The notes: generated from the letters alone by a model not told the origin. A DNA stretch of 63,252 nucleotides from Sulfuricaulis sp. (GCA_024654125.1 JANLIC010000007.1:1-63252), one strand, 5' to 3'. Positions 13,818 through 24,228 are shown, counted from the first letter of the stretch. Made by a program: numbers and translations.

Positions 13818-13990
13818 GCTGTTCTCCTGCGGCAATCCGCCGAATCGGTGGTCAGTATTTTGAAAGATTGTGCGTGCAAATGATTATTCCACATCTTCCC
13901 CGGTGGGGCCTAGTCCCGCGCGGACGCCGCCTGTCACGGCCAAAAAAGCCGACCTTACTGGGCAAGGGTTGATAAAAATGCAGCGCGATC

Positions 13991-14470
13991 TCAACGAATA
14001 AATTCCAGCAGTCCCTGAAGCGCGGCGGTTACTGCCTGCCGGCGCACGCTCTCGCGGTCGCCGGAATAAACCTGCTTGCGGGTGAGCGATTCACGTTTCT
14101 TGCCGGCCCAAGCGAAGCAGACGGTGCCGACCGGCTTTTCCAGGGTGCCACCGCTGGGGCCGGCAATACCCGTAATGGCGATAGCCAACTGCGCGTGGGA
14201 ATGGGTGAGTGCGCCCTCGGCCATGGCACGCGCGGCTTGCTCGCTGACCGCGCCGTAGCGCGACAGAATGGTGGTTTTAACCCCCAGCATCTCGCGCTTG
14301 GCCAGGTTGGTGTAGGCGACGAAGCCGCGCTCGAACCATTCGGAGCTGCCCGCCACCGAGGTCATGATCTGCGCCACCCAACCGCCGGTACAGGATTCGG
14401 CCGTGACCAGCATCAGTCCCTGGCGTTTAAGTTCCTGGCTGACAGCGCGTGCGAGTGTTTCCAGTTCCAT
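13991..14470 (-). CDS. pncC: CinA C-terminal domain / nicotinamide-mononucleotide amidohydrolase
   Basis: AESCTGG, GAVSE, ITGIAGPSGG...KPVGTV; upstream of recA. Confidence 0.9.
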   Translation of the reverse strand: MELETLARAVSQELKRQGLMLVTAESCTGGWVAQIMTSVAGSSEWFERGFVAYTNLAKREMLGVKTTILSRYGAVSEQAARAMAEGALTHSHAQLAIAITGIAGPSGGTLEKPVGTVCFAWAGKKRESLTRKQVYSGDRESVRRQAVTAALQGLLEFIR

Positions 14471-14512
14471 GCGCGCAAGGATAACGCGGTATTCTCCCCG
14501 GCGACAGCGCGT

Positions 14513-15301
14513 CTAGCCGATCAGCATGCGCACGCCAAGGATCGCCAGAAACAGTGAAAAAAACCGGCGCAATGTCGCGGCCGGGATGATATGTGTCAAC
14601 TTCGCACCGAGACGCGCGGACAAGAGGCTTGCGATCGAAATCCCGGCAAACGCCGGCCAATATACATAGCCGCTGCTCCACGCAGGAAGACCCGTCTCGT
14701 TCCAGCCGGTGGCGATAAATCCGGCGGCACCGGCCACGGCGATGGGCAGACCGCAGGCGCTCGAAGTCGCCACCGCCTGGCGCAGGGAAATATTGCACCA
14801 GACCAGGAACGGCGTGGTCAGGGTGCCGCCACCAATGCCCAGCGCCGCCGAGACGGCGCCGATGACGGCGCCCGTGAAGTTTGTGCCGAATGCACCGGGC
14901 AGCTGTCGATGCGGCGCGGCCATGATGTTGAATCCGATCTGCGCTGCCACCACCAGCTCGAAAATACCGAACCACCAGCGCATGGCTTTTGTCGGGAGTA
15001 AATCCGCGATCACAGCGCCCACGAGCGCCCCGACTACGATGCCAGGCACCAGCCGCCGGAACACCGGCCATTGCACCGCGCCGTGGCGGTGATGCGCGCG
15101 CATGGAAGAGATGGAAGTAACGACAATCGTCGCCAGCGAGGTGCCGATCGCCAGATGCACGATCACACTTGAATCGACGCCCTGTCCCTGGAACACGAAC
15201 ACCAGCACCGGGACGATGATGAGTCCGCCACCGACACCGAGCAACCCGGCGATCAGTCCGGCGAAGGCACCGACCAACAGGTAAATCAGCAGGGTTTCCA
15301 A
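14513..15301 (-). CDS. Sulfite exporter TauE/SafE family protein
   Basis: AGLLGVGGGLIIVP, AIGTSLA, second repeat LGIGGG; multiple TMs. Confidence 0.88.
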   Translation of the reverse strand: METLLIYLLVGAFAGLIAGLLGVGGGLIIVPVLVFVFQGQGVDSSVIVHLAIGTSLATIVVTSISSMRAHHRHGAVQWPVFRRLVPGIVVGALVGAVIADLLPTKAMRWWFGIFELVVAAQIGFNIMAAPHRQLPGAFGTNFTGAVIGAVSAALGIGGGTLTTPFLVWCNISLRQAVATSSACGLPIAVAGAAGFIATGWNETGLPAWSSGYVYWPAFAGISIASLLSARLGAKLTHIIPAATLRRFFSLFLAILGVRMLIG

Positions 15302-15305
15302 GTTC

Positions 15306-16529
15306 TCAGCTTCCGCTCATCTGATAAATCTGGAACAACACGAATCCGGTGGCCGCGAGAAATCCCGCGACCGGGATCCAGACTGGATAGACGCGCACGC
15401 CCTTGGGTCGCGGCACACGCCGCTTGATGCGTACCAGGGAGAGATTGATCAGGGCGAACACCACCAGAATGACAAAGCTGGTCACCTTGGCCAACGTCAC
15501 CAGCGGCAGCCACAGGGCGAGCACCAACACGATAACAGAGGCCACGACCGTGGACAGCAGCGGTGTCCGCGTGACGGCATGGACTCTTCCGAACGCGCTG
15601 TGCAGCCAGCCTTCGCGGCTCATGCCGTAGAGCACGCGCGCGGCCATGATGATCTGGATCAGCGCGCCGTTCACCACGGCGAAAATACTGATCAAGCTGA
15701 TGAGCACGGGCGCGGAACCGGTGGCGCGCTCGTAAATCAGCGCCAGCGGCGCGCGGCTTTGTGCCAGTTCCGCCGGCGGCAGCGCCAGCACCGCCACCAG
15801 CGAAACCAATAGATACAGAATGGTGGAGACCACAATGGCAATAATGATGGCCAGCGGCAGAATGCGCGACGGATCCTTCACTTCCTCGGCCACGTTGACC
15901 ATGTCCTCGAAGCCGATGAAGGCATAGAACGCGAGAAACGCGCCCAGCATGATCCCCAGCCAGATGCCGCCGTCGGCCGGCGGGATCAGCTCGGGCAGGC
16001 GCGCCGGCAGATCGCCCAGGCTGCCGCCGGCCACGAACAGCACCAGCAGCAGACCGCCCACTTCCACCAGCGTGATCAGGGACGCGGCCATCACGGATTC
16101 GCTGATGCCCCAGGACGCCAGCGCGCCCAGCAGCAACACCAGCAGCGTAATAGCGAACCAGTCGGGTATCGCCACGAACACATGCAGGTAACCCACGAAT
16201 CCGTTCGCGATAGTGGCCGCGGAGACGACGCCGGTGAGAATGATCAGCCAACCCACCAGCATTGAAAGACCACGCCGGCGCAGTCCCTCCTGAACGTAGA
16301 CGGCCTCGCCCGCGCTTTTCGGATAGCGCGCCGATAACTCGGCGTAAGACAGACCGGTCAACGCCGCCAGCGCCGCAGACACGACGAAGGACACCGGCGC
16401 GTACAGTCCGGCGATGCCCGCGACTTTGCCGACCAGCACATAAATACCGGCACCGAGTATGGTCCCGAGGCCGTATAAAGTGATTTGTGTGAGAGACAGC
16501 GAACGCTTGAGCTCGGTGGACTGTGCCAT
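15306..16529 (-). CDS. APC-family amino acid permease
   Basis: GTILGAGIY, SYAEL...P.SAGE, FYAFIGFED. Confidence 0.88.
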   Translation of the reverse strand: MAQSTELKRSLSLTQITLYGLGTILGAGIYVLVGKVAGIAGLYAPVSFVVSAALAALTGLSYAELSARYPKSAGEAVYVQEGLRRRGLSMLVGWLIILTGVVSAATIANGFVGYLHVFVAIPDWFAITLLVLLLGALASWGISESVMAASLITLVEVGGLLLVLFVAGGSLGDLPARLPELIPPADGGIWLGIMLGAFLAFYAFIGFEDMVNVAEEVKDPSRILPLAIIIAIVVSTILYLLVSLVAVLALPPAELAQSRAPLALIYERATGSAPVLISLISIFAVVNGALIQIIMAARVLYGMSREGWLHSAFGRVHAVTRTPLLSTVVASVIVLVLALWLPLVTLAKVTSFVILVVFALINLSLVRIKRRVPRPKGVRVYPVWIPVAGFLAATGFVLFQIYQMSGS

Positions 16530-16616
16530 GTCGATTATCGGCTTGTGATTATTCAGATTGGCAAGAAGGGGAGGATAACGCAGATGTTAAAAGGTGTGCA
16601 AAAAAATACTCCGCGT

Positions 16617-17081
16617 TCAGGCCTGGGTGGAATACACAACCCCTTGCATCACTGCCATGGCATACAATCCGGCCAGCGCATCGTCCAGCATATTGCCCAG
16701 CCCGCCTCGGATCCTTCGTTCGATCTGGCGGATGGGAAAGGGCTTCCAGATATCGGAGATCCGGAACAGGACGAATCCCAGCGCAATCCACCCCCACCCG
16801 GTTGGTGCCATGAACATGGTGATCTGGTAGCCGACGATTTCATCCCACACGATGCCGGGATGGTCGTGCACGCCCAAATCCTTTTCCGTCACGTGACAAA
16901 GCCAAACGCCCAGGCCAAACAGCGCCAGGACGGCAACGGTGTACAGCAGCAGCGACAACGGCTGCAACAACAGATAAACGGGAATGCCGATCAACGTTCC
17001 GAAAGTCCCCGGAGCCACTGGGATTTTTCCCGCACCGAATCCGAAGGCCAAAAAATGCGCCAGCTTTCGCATCGGATTCAC
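16617..17081 (-). CDS. pgpA: Phosphatidylglycerophosphatase A
   Basis: GFGAG..PVAPGTFGT, DHPGIVWDEIVG, FRISDIWKPFPI, MLDDALAG. Confidence 0.93.
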   Translation of the reverse strand: MNPMRKLAHFLAFGFGAGKIPVAPGTFGTLIGIPVYLLLQPLSLLLYTVAVLALFGLGVWLCHVTEKDLGVHDHPGIVWDEIVGYQITMFMAPTGWGWIALGFVLFRISDIWKPFPIRQIERRIRGGLGNMLDDALAGLYAMAVMQGVVYSTQA

Positions 17082-17097
17082 GCGCGGATGTGGCGGG

Positions 17098-19053
17098 TCA
17101 TGCCGGTGACGTTACGCGTGATTCCCGGCGGGCGGGCAGATCGCTGGAAAAAAACCGCTCGACATCCTGCAAGCTCCGGGTCACCGGCATCGGCGGGAGA
17201 CTCGCGAGAAAGATTTTTCCGTAACCTTTGCTCAAAATACGCGGATCGCACAGGACCAGCACACCGTGGTCGTTTTCATCGCGAATCAGCCGGCCCACAC
17301 CCTGCTTCAGCGCTATAACGGCCTCCGGCAATTGATATTCGGCGAACGGGCTGCGGCCGCTTTGCTCCAGGGCCGCCGCACGCGCCTGCAACACGGGGTC
17401 GTCGGGTGAAGCAAACGGGAGTTTATCGATTATTACGCAGGACAACGCTTCGCCACGCACGTCCACACCCTCCCAGAAGCTGCTGGTCCCGAGCAGCACG
17501 GCGTTGCCCAGTTCGCGAAACCGGCGCAACAATTCGGAGCGCGGGGCATCGCCCTGTACCAACAAGGGGTAATCCAGCCGGTCACGCAGTCGCACGGTAG
17601 CGGCCTTGAGCGCGCGGTGACTGGTGAACAGGATGAACGCACGGCCGCGACTGGCGCGCAGAATCGGGAGCGCCACGTCAATGACTCGATCCGTGTATTC
17701 CGGGGCTGAAGGCACGGGCAGGCCGGGCGGAATATACAAAAGCGTTTGGCGCGCAAAATCAAAGGGGCTGTCCCACAGGCCGGTTTCGGCCTGCTCCAGC
17801 CCCAGTCGCGCCTGAAAGTGCGCGAAGCTTTGTTTTATCGCCAGCGTGGCCGAGGTGAAAATCCAGGCCTTCTTGCCGTCACGGAGGTGCCTCTGGAACG
17901 CCGTGGCAATCTCGAGCGGGGTCAGAAAAAGCGTAAAGCGGCGCGGAGTGGTCTCGAACCAGGCGACATACTCCGACGGCGGGCTTTCACTGATCGTCAT
18001 CAGACGATCGAGCAGATCCGATGCCCGACGGGCGCAATTCGCCAGACCCTGGCCTTTACCGGCGGCGGCATCCAGCACCGTGGAAAAATCCGTCAGCCGC
18101 GCTTTCAGCTCCGCCAGCGCGGCGTGTACCGATTTGGCATATTCTAGTTTTTCCCAGGCATCACGGCGCGGTTCCACGCCGAACGCCAGGCGGAAATCCG
18201 CCGCGGCCTTTTCCAGACGCTGGACACCGAATGGCAACGCGTCAATGCCGCTGTGCTCTTTCAGATCTTCGGCGATTGCATCATGGCACAGGTTCGTGAG
18301 CTGATGACTGCTAAGCGAAATACCCAGAAAGTTCGAGGCGATTTCAGGCAGTTGATGCGCCTCATCGAATATCACGGCCTCCACGCCGGGGAGCAATTGC
18401 CCAAATCCTTCCTCGCGCAACGCGAGATCGGCGAAGAACAAATGATGATTGACAATCACCACATCCGCGGCCAGCGCTTCGCGCCGCGCATGATTGACGA
18501 AACATTCATCGTAATAGGAACAATTGCTGCCGAGACAATTGTCGGCCGTGGAAGTCACCAGCGGCCATAGCTCGGCATCCTCGGAAAGGCCGCTCATTTC
18601 GGCGATATCACCATGCCGTGTCCGCCCACTCCACTCCCTGATCATGACAAGCTCCGACGGAGCGCGTCCAGCGGCGAGGTGTGTATCCATTTCCGCCTGT
18701 TCCAATCGGTAGCGACACAAATAATTGGAACGTCCCTTGAGCAGGGCCGTCGTCACCGGAACCGCGAGGGCGTCGCGCACGAGAGGAAGGTCGCGATGGT
18801 ACAGTTGATCCTGCAGGTGGCGCGTGCCGGTGGATATCAGTATTTTTTTCCCGGATAGCAGCACCGGAACCAGGTAGGCGTAAGTTTTACCGGTGCCGGT
18901 GCCCGACTCGGCGATAAAAACGGAATAATCCGCGAGCGCCTGCTCGATGCAAGACGCCATTTCCTGTTGCGCGCGACGTGGTGAATATCCTTCCAGCCGC
19001 CCGGCCAGGGGGCCGTCAATACCTAGAATGTCTTTGCTGGTCACCGGCAGCAT
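17098..19053 (-). CDS. yoaA: ATP-dependent DNA helicase, DinG/YoaA family
   Basis: GTGTGKT, Fe-S cysteines (NYLC...C....C..Y..C), DEAH, SFWEGVDV, KQGVGRLIR. Confidence 0.88.
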   Translation of the reverse strand: MLPVTSKDILGIDGPLAGRLEGYSPRRAQQEMASCIEQALADYSVFIAESGTGTGKTYAYLVPVLLSGKKILISTGTRHLQDQLYHRDLPLVRDALAVPVTTALLKGRSNYLCRYRLEQAEMDTHLAAGRAPSELVMIREWSGRTRHGDIAEMSGLSEDAELWPLVTSTADNCLGSNCSYYDECFVNHARREALAADVVIVNHHLFFADLALREEGFGQLLPGVEAVIFDEAHQLPEIASNFLGISLSSHQLTNLCHDAIAEDLKEHSGIDALPFGVQRLEKAAADFRLAFGVEPRRDAWEKLEYAKSVHAALAELKARLTDFSTVLDAAAGKGQGLANCARRASDLLDRLMTISESPPSEYVAWFETTPRRFTLFLTPLEIATAFQRHLRDGKKAWIFTSATLAIKQSFAHFQARLGLEQAETGLWDSPFDFARQTLLYIPPGLPVPSAPEYTDRVIDVALPILRASRGRAFILFTSHRALKAATVRLRDRLDYPLLVQGDAPRSELLRRFRELGNAVLLGTSSFWEGVDVRGEALSCVIIDKLPFASPDDPVLQARAAALEQSGRSPFAEYQLPEAVIALKQGVGRLIRDENDHGVLVLCDPRILSKGYGKIFLASLPPMPVTRSLQDVERFFSSDLPARRESRVTSPA

Positions 19054-19402
19054 ATTAAGACAAGACGAACGTGCGAAGCGAGCGAAGCTTTCATGATTTG
19101 TCCGTCCGCTCCTTGTGCCAGGTTCACCCCGAGAATGATGACCGCAGGCTGTAACCCATTTGGATATGACCGATGAGTTATTCTTCTCATGGTCGGGAAT
19201 GAGACCGTCATGCCGGATCGGATGCTGTCCCGAGACTTACATTATCATCGGGTCGGAATCATAACCATGCAGGACATAATCAGACCTTGGCCAGTTATTA
19301 CACCAGCCGCCCTGCGTTAATTTCGCACATTTTGACTACTTTCTGGGGGATGTTATTGAACGCCTGCCCGATGAGCCGGAATGCCGCGCGCTCATCGACG
19401 AT

Positions 19403-21250
19403 TCAACCTGGTTCCAGAAAGAAATTCCTGCGCCAGACTTCGAATTTCTCGGACGGGAGAGGTTTACTGAAAATATAGCCCTGGATATCGTCACACCCCA
19501 TCTCACGCAGAAGCCTGACCTGTTCCTCGGAATCAACGCCTTCGGCGACAACCTCGTGCTTCAACAGATGTGCCAGCGAGATTATGGCTGAAACAATGTT
19601 CCGGTGATCCATATCGCTTGCCATATTGATAATGAATGATCGATCGATTTTGAGCGCGTTGATTGGCAGCGTGGCCAGATGGCTGAACGAGGAATAGCCG
19701 GTTCCGAAATCATCGATCGAAATTCCTACCCCCATCGCCTGTATCGCCTTGAGTTTCGAGACGTTCTCATCGATATCCTTCATGATCAGACTCTCGGTGA
19801 TTTCGATGTCCAGTCCGCACTGTTTGCGCCCGTTCTTATTTACTATCTCCTCGATCATCGGCACGAAATTTTTCTGCACCAGCTGAATCTGGGAGATGTT
19901 GACGGCGATGCGTGGCGCTTGCGGGTCCTGTTCCCGCCAGAGGGCATATTGGGCCACGGCCTTCTCGATGATCCACCGGCCGACGTCGATGATCAAACCG
20001 GAATCTTCCAGGGTGGCGATGAACTCGATCGGCGGCACCATGCCTCGATCCGGGCTGTTCCAACGTAACAGCGCCTCCGCGCCCGTAACCTTTCCACTGC
20101 GGAGATCGACCTTCGGCTGGTAGTGGAGCAGAAACTCGTCACGATCCAGCGCGCGGCGCAAGAGAGTTTGGAGCGCCAAACGGTCGTTGAGCCGTACATT
20201 CAATTCGGTTGTGTAAAACTGGAAATTATTCCGTCCCAATTCTTTGGCGCGCCGCATGGCCGCCTCGGCATTTTTCAACAGCTTGCCCGACTCCTGGCCA
20301 TCGTGTGGAAACAGACTCACGCCGATGCTGCAGGTGATGTCCAGCTCGCGATTGTTCATGAAAATGGGCTGAGAAACAGTACTTAAGACCTTCTCCAGGG
20401 TATCCGTGACCTGCGGTCGGGACGAGATTGTGTCCACGATACGTTGCAGCACCTTGGGGATGTTTTCTTCGTTGGCAATGCCGGTGAGCACCAATACGAA
20501 TTCATCGCTGGCCAGCCGCGCCACGGTATCCGTCGTCCTGATGCAGGAACGAATGCGATGCGCGACGAGTTTCAGGACCTCGTCTCCCGTTTTGTGTCCC
20601 AGGCTATCATTAACGAACTGGAAATTGTCGAGATCGAGAAACGCCAGAGCCACAATGTGTTTCTGCCGCCGGGCCAACGCCACGGCCTGCTGCAGACGAT
20701 CCTGTAGCAGGTTGCGATTGGGAAGTTCGGTCAGGAGATCGAAGTTGGCCTGATGTTCCAGCTGCTGTTGGTAGTTCCGGGTTTCGGTAATGTCATTCAG
20801 CACCATGACGAAATGTGTATTTTTCCCTTTGTCGTCACAGACCGGAGCGATATGCATATCGCTCCAGAAGAGGCTGCCGTCCTTTCGAAGGCAGGGAAGT
20901 GTGACATGCGTCTCGCTCCGATCCGCAATGGCGGCATGGATGTTTCCTAATCCGGTCTGATCTGGTTCAGCGCCAAACAGGAAATTGATATTCCGGCCCA
21001 ATATTTCCTTGGAGGTATAGCCCGTCATGCGCTCAAAAGCGGGGTTGACGTATTCAATAGGATTATCGGGGTCGGAAGATTTTGCGATCATCACCGCATT
21101 CACGCTCGATTCGATAGCGCGGTTTCGCAGCCGCAAAGCCTTGTCGGCCCTGCTGTAGCGGTGTGAGGTGAACATGACCGCCAGGATTCCGACGCCCGCG
21201 GCGGCGGTGCAGACAATCAGCAATATCCAGAAGATGGGGGTTTCGTTCAC
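19403..21250 (-). CDS. TM-PAS-GGDEF(degenerate)-EAL protein, probable c-di-GMP phosphodiesterase
   Basis: PAS (IEYVNPAFERMTGY), ARLASDEF in place of GGDEF, intact EALLRW and DDFGTGYSS. Confidence 0.88.
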   Translation of the reverse strand: MNETPIFWILLIVCTAAAGVGILAVMFTSHRYSRADKALRLRNRAIESSVNAVMIAKSSDPDNPIEYVNPAFERMTGYTSKEILGRNINFLFGAEPDQTGLGNIHAAIADRSETHVTLPCLRKDGSLFWSDMHIAPVCDDKGKNTHFVMVLNDITETRNYQQQLEHQANFDLLTELPNRNLLQDRLQQAVALARRQKHIVALAFLDLDNFQFVNDSLGHKTGDEVLKLVAHRIRSCIRTTDTVARLASDEFVLVLTGIANEENIPKVLQRIVDTISSRPQVTDTLEKVLSTVSQPIFMNNRELDITCSIGVSLFPHDGQESGKLLKNAEAAMRRAKELGRNNFQFYTTELNVRLNDRLALQTLLRRALDRDEFLLHYQPKVDLRSGKVTGAEALLRWNSPDRGMVPPIEFIATLEDSGLIIDVGRWIIEKAVAQYALWREQDPQAPRIAVNISQIQLVQKNFVPMIEEIVNKNGRKQCGLDIEITESLIMKDIDENVSKLKAIQAMGVGISIDDFGTGYSSFSHLATLPINALKIDRSFIINMASDMDHRNIVSAIISLAHLLKHEVVAEGVDSEEQVRLLREMGCDDIQGYIFSKPLPSEKFEVWRRNFFLEPG

Positions 21251-21608
21251 AAATTATGCGCAGAGGCGGGAAGCACCACGATAGTTTGTATTATAGATGT
21301 CTGCCAGGCAGCGGGTTGGCTCCGTCAAATCTGTTGCATACCATGCGTATTCGCAAAAAGGACCCAGGAAAAGCACGACATGTCATCCATGTTTACACCG
21401 GGCGATGGCAACAGGAGAGAAGGCCGCCCGGTGATTGGCGTTAATCACTTGCCGGAGATTTCAGACGCCTCCCTGGCGGGTCGCATTCAGAGTTCAATTC
21501 CCGAGCTTAGCCGCCCCCCTTTCCCCGAGCACGGTCGGGGTAGTAGTAATTTCAGTAGACAAAGCACGAAGCGCGAATGCTGTTTCTGGTATCAATTTGA
21601 GGTGCAAC

Positions 21609-21920
21609 ATGCTACTCGGGCGACGCGCAGGAATATGCAAACCAGCGGATCGGGAAGCGATGGCTATTCACGGCCAGGGTCACCTTCTCCGAAAAATCCA
21701 CGATCTCAGCCTGAACGGGGCCATGCTCAAGTTGGGTGAGGGAACGCTAACCCGCGATGTAACCGTCGAATTGGCCATATCGCTTCCAACTGCCAAAGGA
21801 AAATCATCTTATCGCCTTCCGGCTCAGGTAGCGCGTCACCACGGATGAAACAGCTATTAAGTTCCGCAATCTCGATTCGACTGCTCTTGAGGCCATGCAG
21901 CGCCATTGCAGGCGGAGGTA
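21609..21920 (+). pseudogene. PilZ-domain protein, frameshifted (end approximate)
   Basis: RBS plus ATG at 21609; MLLGRR...HDLSLNGA (D-x-S-x-x-G)...LPAQVAR, then continues in another frame as VTTDETAIKFRNLD. Confidence 0.55.
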
Positions 21921-21973
21921 CGCTCTGCCCGATTCTAAATTTCGCTGACAAGCAGGCGGTGAGAAATTAAAAG

Positions 21974-21996
21974 AGGGCCGGCATAATGCCGGCCCT
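21974..21996 (-). terminator. Intrinsic terminator following the displaced tRNA-Glu 3' end
   Basis: agggccggca-taa-tgccggccct hairpin followed on the minus strand by CTTTTAATTT. Confidence 0.7.
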
Positions 21997-22008
21997 TGTT
22001 GTTTGATT

Positions 22009-22069
22009 GGCGTCCCCAACTGGATTTGAACTCTATGCTGGTCGGTTGAGCCTGCCCTGGGCCGCTTGA
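22009..22069. repeat. att-like left arm of element A (tRNA-Glu 3' fragment plus about 40 bp), direct repeat of 52426-52486
   Basis: ggcgtccccaactggatttgaactctatgctggtcggttgagcctgccctgggccgcttga; 55/61 identical to 52426-52486 by manual alignment. Confidence 0.85.
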
Positions 22070-22178
22070 ACGTGTCGTTTACTTGGCGATAAGCCGCGAA
22101 ACCCCTAATCGGGTCTGGGGCATCACTAATCGTTGTCAAGTTTCCCTACGATACTTCAAAAAATCTTCTCCGCTGAAC

Positions 22179-22246
22179 GCGGGATTGACGTATTCAATGG
22201 GTTTGTCGAGGCCGGAAAAACTGGCGCTCATCACCGTATTCACGCT
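22179..22246 (-). pseudogene. Fragment of a paralogue of the PAS-GGDEF-EAL gene
   Basis: 56/68 nt identical to 21039-21106; reads SVNTVMSASFSGLDKPIEYVNPA. Confidence 0.7.
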
Positions 22247-22391
22247 TGTCACGACCCGCACGCACGCTCGCCAAGTCACGACAAATGTGCGATCCTTATC
22301 GGGCTTCGGCGACTTCAATACTTCCACAACCGCGCGTTTGCTCGCGGCCGGAATGGCAGCTGCTGGAGCGGAATCTCACTTAAGGACTCAA

Positions 22392-22813
22392 GGAAGGTCT
22401 GATTAATTGATGATTTTGGCAAAATCGATGCAATCCAGAGTCATAAATTTCACAATAAGATCACCGAAGAGATATCGGCGGACCCGATTCTCGCTTGCCT
22501 CATCGTTCTGGGGCGCCGCGCCCACATTACGCCCCCTGCAATCTCAGCAGATACCTTCTCGCCCAGACTGTGCGCCTCCAGCCGCTGGCGGAACTTGCAC
22601 ACCGTCTTCGGATAAAACGGCTCGATCAAGACACCCAGCTCGGCCCACGGCACCACGCGGTCCATCTCGGCGCGGAACTGCTCGCGGCGTGTCGGTTTGT
22701 AGTAGGCCTCGAAACTGGCTTCGGCAAAGGTCGCCTGCTGGGAACGCATCGGCGGAATCTCCATGAATTATTGTTCGATAGCCGTAAGAGTGGATGGATT
22801 AACCAGAGTTTCC
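22392..22813 (-). mobile_element. Internally deleted IS5-family element (422 bp)
   Basis: Imperfect terminal IRs ggaaggtctgattaa / ttaaccagagtttcc. Transposase remnant QATFA...KPTRREQFRAEMDRVVPWAEL..LIEPFYPK joined to TVCKFRQRLEAHSL. Confidence 0.82.
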
Positions 22814-22844
22814 TTGACTGAGAAATACCGGTTAGGAGGCCCGG

Positions 22845-24089
22845 GTGGATAGGGTGCGCGATCTGGTTGACCGCGCCTTCGACGCGGCCTTCGCCATTGA
22901 CGACCGCTGTCGAGTAACCGCCTTGAACGCGAAGGCGGAACAGTTGTTCGGCCACGCGTCAGACGAGGTGATCGGCCGGTGCTGTGGAGAAGTTCTTCAA
23001 GCCGTCTTGCCCGGCGGTGAGCCTCTCTGTGCCCCCAACTGTGAAGCCATCCGGTGTTTCCAGAGCTGCATGCCCTACGGCGTGCCGTCCTGCCGCATAC
23101 GGCGCAAAGATGGCGATTGGGTTTCGGTTGGTATCTCTTCGCTCGTCTTGTCAAGACGAGCCCGGGAGCCGCACCCCGGTTCAGTCGTTGCTGTTATTTT
23201 CCTGCACGAAAAAGAGCCAGGGCATATCCAGGCGCCGCCGCACGGAACAATGCAAGTTTTCATGCTCGGCGGTTTTGGCCTGGCGGTCGGAGGGCGTGGC
23301 GTCGATTTCGGAAAATGGAAACGCAAGCAGGCCGTGACGTTGTTGAAATACCTCGTCACTCAGGTCGGCCGCCAGGTCCACCGCGAGCGTATACTCGATT
23401 CCCTGTGGCCCAACGTCGACGAAGACCGCGGATGGGACCGGCTTAAAGTAACGATGTGCTACTTGCGGCGCCAGTTGTGCGTCAACGGCATGGGCGAAGA
23501 CGTTCTGAAAACGGTCGGGGACGCCTACCTCCTCAGGCGCGACGCGGTTTCGGTGGACGCGGAAACCTTTGAAAGGCTGGTCGCCGAGGGCGGGACACTA
23601 CAGCGATGCCAGCAATGGGATGAAGCGCTGCGCCGCTACAATGAAGCCGAGCACCTCTACCGCGGGGACTACCTGGAGGAAGACGCTTATACGGATTGGT
23701 GCGCCGAAGAGCGCGAGCGACTGCGCGAACTCTACCTGGAAATGCTTGCCGACATGGCGCAATGCAACGCCAAGCGTGGCCACTATGCCGAGGCGGCGCG
23801 GGTCTGCCGGAAGGCCCTTGTCCGCGAGCCGTGCCGGGAGAGCTTTCACCGCGCGCTGATGGAGTACCTCGCGTGGCTCGGCCATCCCGACCGCGCCGTG
23901 GCCCAGTTCCACGCCTGTCAGCGCGTGTTAGCACGGGAACTTGGTGTGGACCCGACGCCCGAGACGCAGCAACTATACCATCAAATCTTAGAGGGAGCGG
24001 CAAAAGCCAAAGCCAGTCGGCACCCTGCCTTGAGTGATCGCCTCCAACCCGAGACCTTGGCCTCGCCAGGCCAAGCCCCAGACCCCTAA
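22845..24089 (+). CDS. Cys-rich PAS + winged-helix + BTAD (SARP-family) transcriptional regulator
   Basis: N-terminal PAS, MLGGFGL..., LLKYL...VHRERILDSLWP, LYRGDYLEE...WC.EERERL, EPCRESFHRALM...ELGVDPTPET. Confidence 0.85.
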   Translation: MDRVRDLVDRAFDAAFAIDDRCRVTALNAKAEQLFGHASDEVIGRCCGEVLQAVLPGGEPLCAPNCEAIRCFQSCMPYGVPSCRIRRKDGDWVSVGISSLVLSRRAREPHPGSVVAVIFLHEKEPGHIQAPPHGTMQVFMLGGFGLAVGGRGVDFGKWKRKQAVTLLKYLVTQVGRQVHRERILDSLWPNVDEDRGWDRLKVTMCYLRRQLCVNGMGEDVLKTVGDAYLLRRDAVSVDAETFERLVAEGGTLQRCQQWDEALRRYNEAEHLYRGDYLEEDAYTDWCAEERERLRELYLEMLADMAQCNAKRGHYAEAARVCRKALVREPCRESFHRALMEYLAWLGHPDRAVAQFHACQRVLARELGVDPTPETQQLYHQILEGAAKAKASRHPALSDRLQPETLASPGQAPDP

Positions 24090-24204
24090 CCGAACGAACT
24101 CTACTCAGCTTTCCTGCCTCCGTTTAAATTTTTCTCGCCCTCGATCGCCCGGCCGCGGGCTTAGCTCGACACACCGGTCGAATTTCGCCGAGCGTCGCTT
24201 CCCA

Positions 24205-24228
24205 GTGTTACTGAATTGTTACCGGCAC
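24205..24228 (+). promoter_or_regulatory. Candidate operator box 1 (TGTYAC-N5-TGTYAC)
   Basis: GTGTTACTGAATTGTTACCGGCAC; near-identical copies at 40339-40362 (-) and 40472-40490 (+). Confidence 0.7.

Noticed and set aside
13818-13990. LexA (SOS) box upstream of recA
   Set aside because: No CTGT-N8-ACAG match was found by eye.
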